NCBI GenBank assembly: GCA_000004695.1
Contig: CM000150.2
Span: 2,336,001-2,400,000, forward strand
Reading direction: 5' to 3'
DNA from: Dictyostelium discoideum
Taxonomy: Eukaryota
Length of the DNA: 64,000 bases
In this document: positions 59,862 to 64,000 of the stretch, piece after piece
How positions within the stretch are numbered: position 1 is the first letter of the stretch
Layout of the letters: each line of letters begins with the position of its first letter
The notes under the pieces: generated by a model
Told to the model about the DNA's origin: nothing
What the model saw: only the letters and a program-made list of their open reading frames with translations
Database searches by the model: none
Program-made: the position numbers and the translations under genes

Positions 59862-60856
59862 ATGAGATTATTATTATTTGTAATATTTTTCATTTTTTAT
59901 CAGTTTTCAAATTTAAATAGTTATACATTAGTTTCAACACAAAATCAAGAAGCAATTGATTTTGTTTCATCAGTATTTGGAATAACAACAAGCTCACCTT
60001 GTGATCAACTTATTTGTAAAGAAATCTCACCAAACAGTAATGAATATTGTGTAGATTCTATTATTGTACCAAAACAATCAAGTACAATAACTATTTCAAA
60101 TGATTTAACAGTGTTTAAAAATTTAACAGTTTTATCATTGGGTGAAAATATAATTTTAAATGATCAATTTTTTAATAATTTAAATCAATTCAATTTTTTA
60201 ATTTCAATGTTTGTAATTAATTTATAATAAAAAAAATAAAAAAAAAAAAAAAAAAATTTAATATTATTATTATTATTATTTTCTTTTTACCAAAAACAAA
60301 TTAAATAGTAATATTTTTAGTTATTCAGGAAAAATTTCAAATTTAATTGAATTTCCAAAATCATTAAAAACAATAAATTTTAATTATTTAGGATCATCAA
60401 TTCCAAATTCAATTTTTAAATCAGATATTACATCATTAATTATTGAAAATTCATTAAATGGTTATAATTTAAATGATACAATGATTTCAACAAATTCTAA
60501 ATTAATTGTATTTGGATTACCAATATCTTTGAAAGAGAATAATTTACCAAAAAATTTAGAAAATTTAAAAAGCTTAAAATATTTTACACTTTATATTGAT
60601 AATGGTGAATCTATAAAATATTCAATACCAGATTTTTCATCATTAAAATTAACAACCGTTGAAAGTCTTGTATTCCGTTTTACTCAATCATCACCTTCTC
60701 AAACTTGGGTAATACCACAATTTATAAATTCAATAACAACTTTAAATAATTTTGAAATTTATTCAAATGGTTTTAAAATTAATTCAACAATTGGTTTTTT
60801 AGATTTATCATCTTTAAAAAATAATTTAAATTTGTAAATATACATATATATATATA

Positions 60857-60910
<54 letters not shown>

Positions 60911-61880
60911 TAATTTTATTCAAAATATTCGTATAGAAATTTTGAAAATGGTGGATTAGATTTTATATCAGAATGTAACCAAAAACCTTGTATTAAAGTA
61001 CCATATAATTCTCAATTGTATGTAAATTAATAATTTTTATTTTTTAAAGTAGAATTTCAATAAGGTATTAATAACTTTTTAAAAAAAAAAAGAATTTCGT
61101 TAAATAATGATTTTAATTTTAATAATTTAGATTTTTCAAATTTTTTAAATATTTTTATTGAAAATAATAATTTTAAACAATTATTACCAATTGATACAAT
61201 TGATTTTTCAAATTTAGAATCTTTACAAATTATTAAAAGTAAAGTTTTTGGATTAATTCCAAATCAATATTGTTTTATTAAAAATTTAAATTTACAAAAT
61301 AATCAATTAAATTCAACAGTACCATCATGTTATTTATGTGTTGGTGGTAAATTAGGTGATAATTTATTACCAAATCCTTTTATAAATTTCAATTCAAATA
61401 CTGCTTCTTTTTGTCGTATGTATTTTTTATTTTTTTTAATTTTTTTATAATTTTTTTTTTTACTTCTAACATACCTTTATTTTTTTAATTTTTTTAAAAA
61501 AAGCATCATTTTCAATTGGTAATAGTTATTATAATGTTAGTAGTAAAGGTGAAAATTTAATAATAAATGGTAATGATTTTGGATGGGATTTACAAAGTTT
61601 AGAGGGTCCACAATTAGTTATTACAATACCTAATAAAGAAATAAAAGTCAGTATTCCACCTGGTGAAGTTGGTACATCACATTCTTATAAAACAACCTTT
61701 TATAATGGTAGTTTATCTTTCTTATTTAATTATACTTATCAAGAAGAAATTGATTCAAGTGATTCTAAATCATCTAATGGTGAAAGTAATGAAATTTCCT
61801 TTGCCATCAAAATATTACTTTATCTTCCTTATTTATTCATTCAATATACTGCTATCTTTTTTGTTATATTTTTAATTTAA
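59862..61880 (+). CDS. Type I membrane protein with LRR-like repeats, Cys-containing region and C-terminal TM (about 519 aa); tentative exons 59862..60208, 60321..60833, 61093..61415, 61504..61880
   Basis: Signal peptide MRLLLFVIFFIFYQFSNLNS. Repeated L..L.L.N.-type segments (NLTVLSLGENIILND, LKSLKYFTLYIDN, LESLQIIKSKVFGLIPN, NLNLQNNQLNST). C-terminal TM ISFAIKILLYLPYLFIQYTAIFFVIFLI. Splice sites GTAAAT/GTATGT plus one weak GTTTGT donor. Phases are consistent but unverified. Confidence 0.4.
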
Positions 61881-62020
61881 TAAATTTTCCCACCCCCCAC
61901 AAAGTTTTGTCTCTTGTTTTTTTTCAGATTAATTTTATAAATATTAAATAAAAACTCAAATTACACCATAAATAATGTCAAAGTTTAAACTACTAAATAT
62001 GAAGTTGATATATTAATTTT

Positions 62021-62133
62021 TTTTTTGAATTGGAAAACGCAATTATTAGTTGCTTCTCCTTGAGATGCTAGATCTCATTTTATTTTTGGTTTTTTTTTTT
62101 TTTTTACAGGGTCTCTAAAAGAGGGGTTAGTTT

Positions 62134-62170
<37 letters not shown>

Positions 62171-62283
62171 TTTCGAATTTTGAATTGTATTATTACTTTT
62201 GACTAGTATCTTTTTTTCCCAAACTTTTTTCTAAATCTTTTTTTATTTTTTCGTCTGGTTCGTGATTGATGTTGATGATATAT
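62021..62283 (-). mobile_element. 5'-truncated TRE5-A fragment (ORF1 codons about 30..68, poly(A), C-module 5' part), head-to-head about 60 bp upstream of tRNA-Lys
   Basis: The reverse complement reads ..caaatatatcatcaacatcaatcacgaaccagacg..gatttagaaaaaagtttgg..agtaataatacaattcaaaattcgaaac, then A31, then gttaaactaacccctcttttagagaccctgtaaaa..aataaaatgagatctagcatctcaaggagaagcaactaataattgcgttttccaattc. Confidence 0.5.
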
Positions 62284-62343
62284 TTGTGTAGTTTGTTAAT
62301 ATATTAATTTTATTCTTATATTAAAATAGAAAATTCCGAAAAT

Positions 62344-62416
62344 GCCCAGATAGCTCAGTCGGTAGAGCGCAAGGCTTTTAACCTTGTGGTCGGGGGTTCG
62401 AGCCCCCCTTTGGGCG
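62344..62416 (+). tRNA. tRNA-Lys (anticodon UUU)
   Basis: GCCCAGATAGCTCAGTCGGTAGAGCGCAAGGCTTTTAACCTTGTGGTCGGGGGTTCGAGCCCCCCTTTGGGCG folds as a cloverleaf; anticodon loop CTTTTAA; 73 nt. Ex-B-like ggttcaaatccc 50 bp downstream. Confidence 0.9.
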
Positions 62417-62489
62417 AAAATTTTAACGAAATTTTAAAGAAACTATATTTTTAGTATTACCAAAAGGTTCAAATCCCAGAAAAAAGTAA

Positions 62490-64000
62490 AAAAACCGAAA
62501 AAACAAAGAAATAAACGAGAATTTATACATATAATAAATAAATCACTGTTATATCTTCACCGCCACATTCATTCCTCTTAATTTTACCCTTTTTTTGCTC
62601 AATAAAGCAAGGGCTATCGTCCTATATACTTTTCAACAATGGCTGATGATCACTCAACTGAATTACAGTTAAATCATACAGATAACAACACAACCAATAC
62701 AAATAATACCTCCACAACCTCAACAACAAAAAACAAAAGTGCAAAAATCGACACACCTAAAAAACAAACCCCAACAAACCAACTCTCACTAAACAAAGGA
62801 CTTGATAATCAATTAGATATCATTGCACCTCCATCAATCACAAGACCACTCTCTTTCTTAGAAAAAAACAATAACACCATCAACATTAAGTGTTACTTTA
62901 ATCAACCACACATCCGTGAAGAATTAACCTCAAAAGATGACACAAGAATTCAACAAATTCACAAAAACATTCACAAACTCTTCGAAGATATACTGTCGCC
63001 ATCAGCATTTAAAATAATTGGTGCAACTGCCTTCGTAAATTGCAACGTTGATAAATTAACTTCAATAATCAACCTTCAAAACCAACTTGCACTAAATATC
63101 GACAAACTCAACTATAGATTCGATATATCATCAAATGATTATGCAATCATTAAAACATTCATTAAAACGTACTCACCCAAACATGCAAACGAGGCAATTA
63201 CAAACAACCTCACTAAATTCACCAGTTGTACATCAATTGAATCATTTACTGTCACATACTCATATGCTGTTGCGTTTAAAAGCTACATTATAACATATCA
63301 TCTAATTGATCACACACACAACATTGTTGATCAAAAGATCGAACAACCATCTGGTATCACAAGATATATCAAAGCTGCAACACGTAGTGTCACTAAACAC
63401 AAAATTCAACATGCAAAAAATGCAGATATGGCAACAACTATAAAAAATGCCATCACAAACCCAAACATGAACAAAAACAATCAACCACCAAAAAACAACA
63501 TTAAAACCCCACCAATCAACGAAATTGCAAATTCCAATCGCAATAATAACTCACTTCAAAATAGTGGTTCAAAAGCTATACTAAATGAATCACTTGATAT
63601 TAACAATCAATCCCAAAACAATAATGAAATATCACACAAAAGTGATTCTTCAAATAATAATAACGGGAAAAACTCATTATCAATGAGCAATCCAACCGAT
63701 CCAACAATTGTACCACAAAAACCTCTACAATCTCAACCAAACAAACCAAGTGCACCAACTCAAAATACAATAAATACAAGAAGAAGCAGCAATGCCCTGA
63801 CTACACAACCAGTCAATACTGGTGCTGCCAAACCTAGTAAGGTATGAGCTCAAAAATCAACTTTATAACATGGAATTGTAGAGGATTCACTGAAAACCCA
63901 AACAATCAACACAATTCCTACCAAAAAGCTGTTGACACACTACAACTACTTATATCAAAACTTCCACCTCGTCCAACAATCTCAATACTCACTGAACTCA
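62490..64000 (+). mobile_element. TRE3-type tRNA-targeted non-LTR retrotransposon (5' UTR, ORF1, start of ORF2), inserted about 75 bp downstream of tRNA-Lys immediately after its ex-B box; continues beyond the window
   Basis: 5' UTR aaccgaaaaaacaaagaaataaacgagaatttatacatataataaataaatcactg... shared with the fragment at 34069. ORF1 62639..63847 (402 aa, Asn/Thr-rich N-terminus, basic C-terminus). The next ORF begins NMELRGFTENPNNQHNS (endonuclease-like). The insertion position relative to the tRNA is as described for TRE3 elements. Subfamily (A/B/C/D) not determined. Confidence 0.65.
62639..63847 (+). CDS. TRE3 ORF1 protein (402 aa)
   Basis: Intact ORF. Its first 88 codons also occur at 33921..33658 on the minus strand. 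Confidence 0.65.
   Translation: MADDHSTELQLNHTDNNTTNTNNTSTTSTTKNKSAKIDTPKKQTPTNQLSLNKGLDNQLDIIAPPSITRPLSFLEKNNNTINIKCYFNQPHIREELTSKDDTRIQQIHKNIHKLFEDILSPSAFKIIGATAFVNCNVDKLTSIINLQNQLALNIDKLNYRFDISSNDYAIIKTFIKTYSPKHANEAITNNLTKFTSCTSIESFTVTYSYAVAFKSYIITYHLIDHTHNIVDQKIEQPSGITRYIKAATRSVTKHKIQHAKNADMATTIKNAITNPNMNKNNQPPKNNIKTPPINEIANSNRNNNSLQNSGSKAILNESLDINNQSQNNNEISHKSDSSNNNNGKNSLSMSNPTDPTIVPQKPLQSQPNKPSAPTQNTINTRRSSNALTTQPVNTGAAKPSKV

Overview
The window reads as nuclear DNA from a Dictyostelium-type social amoeba (about 78% AT). It has long in-frame CAA and AAT coding repeats giving polyQ and polyN runs, short AT-rich GT..AG introns, and tRNA genes flanked by external B boxes and tRNA-targeted TRE5/TRE3 retroelements. 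I can support about 20 protein-coding genes, 6 tRNA genes, several TRE5-A and TRE3 retroelement copies or remnants, and one DNA-transposase remnant.

Genes, by position:
- an ABCG-type half transporter;
- a WD40 protein;
- a divergent CCT/TCP-1-like chaperonin paralog;
- an Asn-rich zf-HIT protein;
- a 5-exon EGF/transmembrane glycoprotein;
- elp6;
- a Rac1 gene next to a decayed Rac copy and an atypical Rab;
- an HPP-family membrane protein;
- an LRR transmembrane protein;
- two tiny hssA/2C/7E-like genes.

The tRNA genes are two inverted pairs (Glu-UUC and Gln-UUG) plus single Asn-GUU and Lys-UUU genes.

The standout is a single 13.6-kb minus-strand ORF (35552..49174) encoding a 4540-aa protein. 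Nine copies of an apparently undescribed ~170-aa repeat module are followed by a low-complexity linker carrying an (S/A)PFTYVPG motif at least five times, then a Upf1-like SF1 helicase with all motifs intact, then a Cid1/GLD-2-type Pol-beta nucleotidyltransferase with a PAP-associated domain. Two further genes made of the same repeat module lie immediately upstream on the same strand (49670..50935 and 51060..53186), and one of them shares a near-identical 50-bp segment plus an (ATT)n array with the giant gene. This tandem locus looks like a candidate RNA-tailing, surveillance or silencing system.

All annotation is by eye from the sequence and the ORF track. Exon boundaries were placed by frame continuity and GT..AG rules and are provisional.
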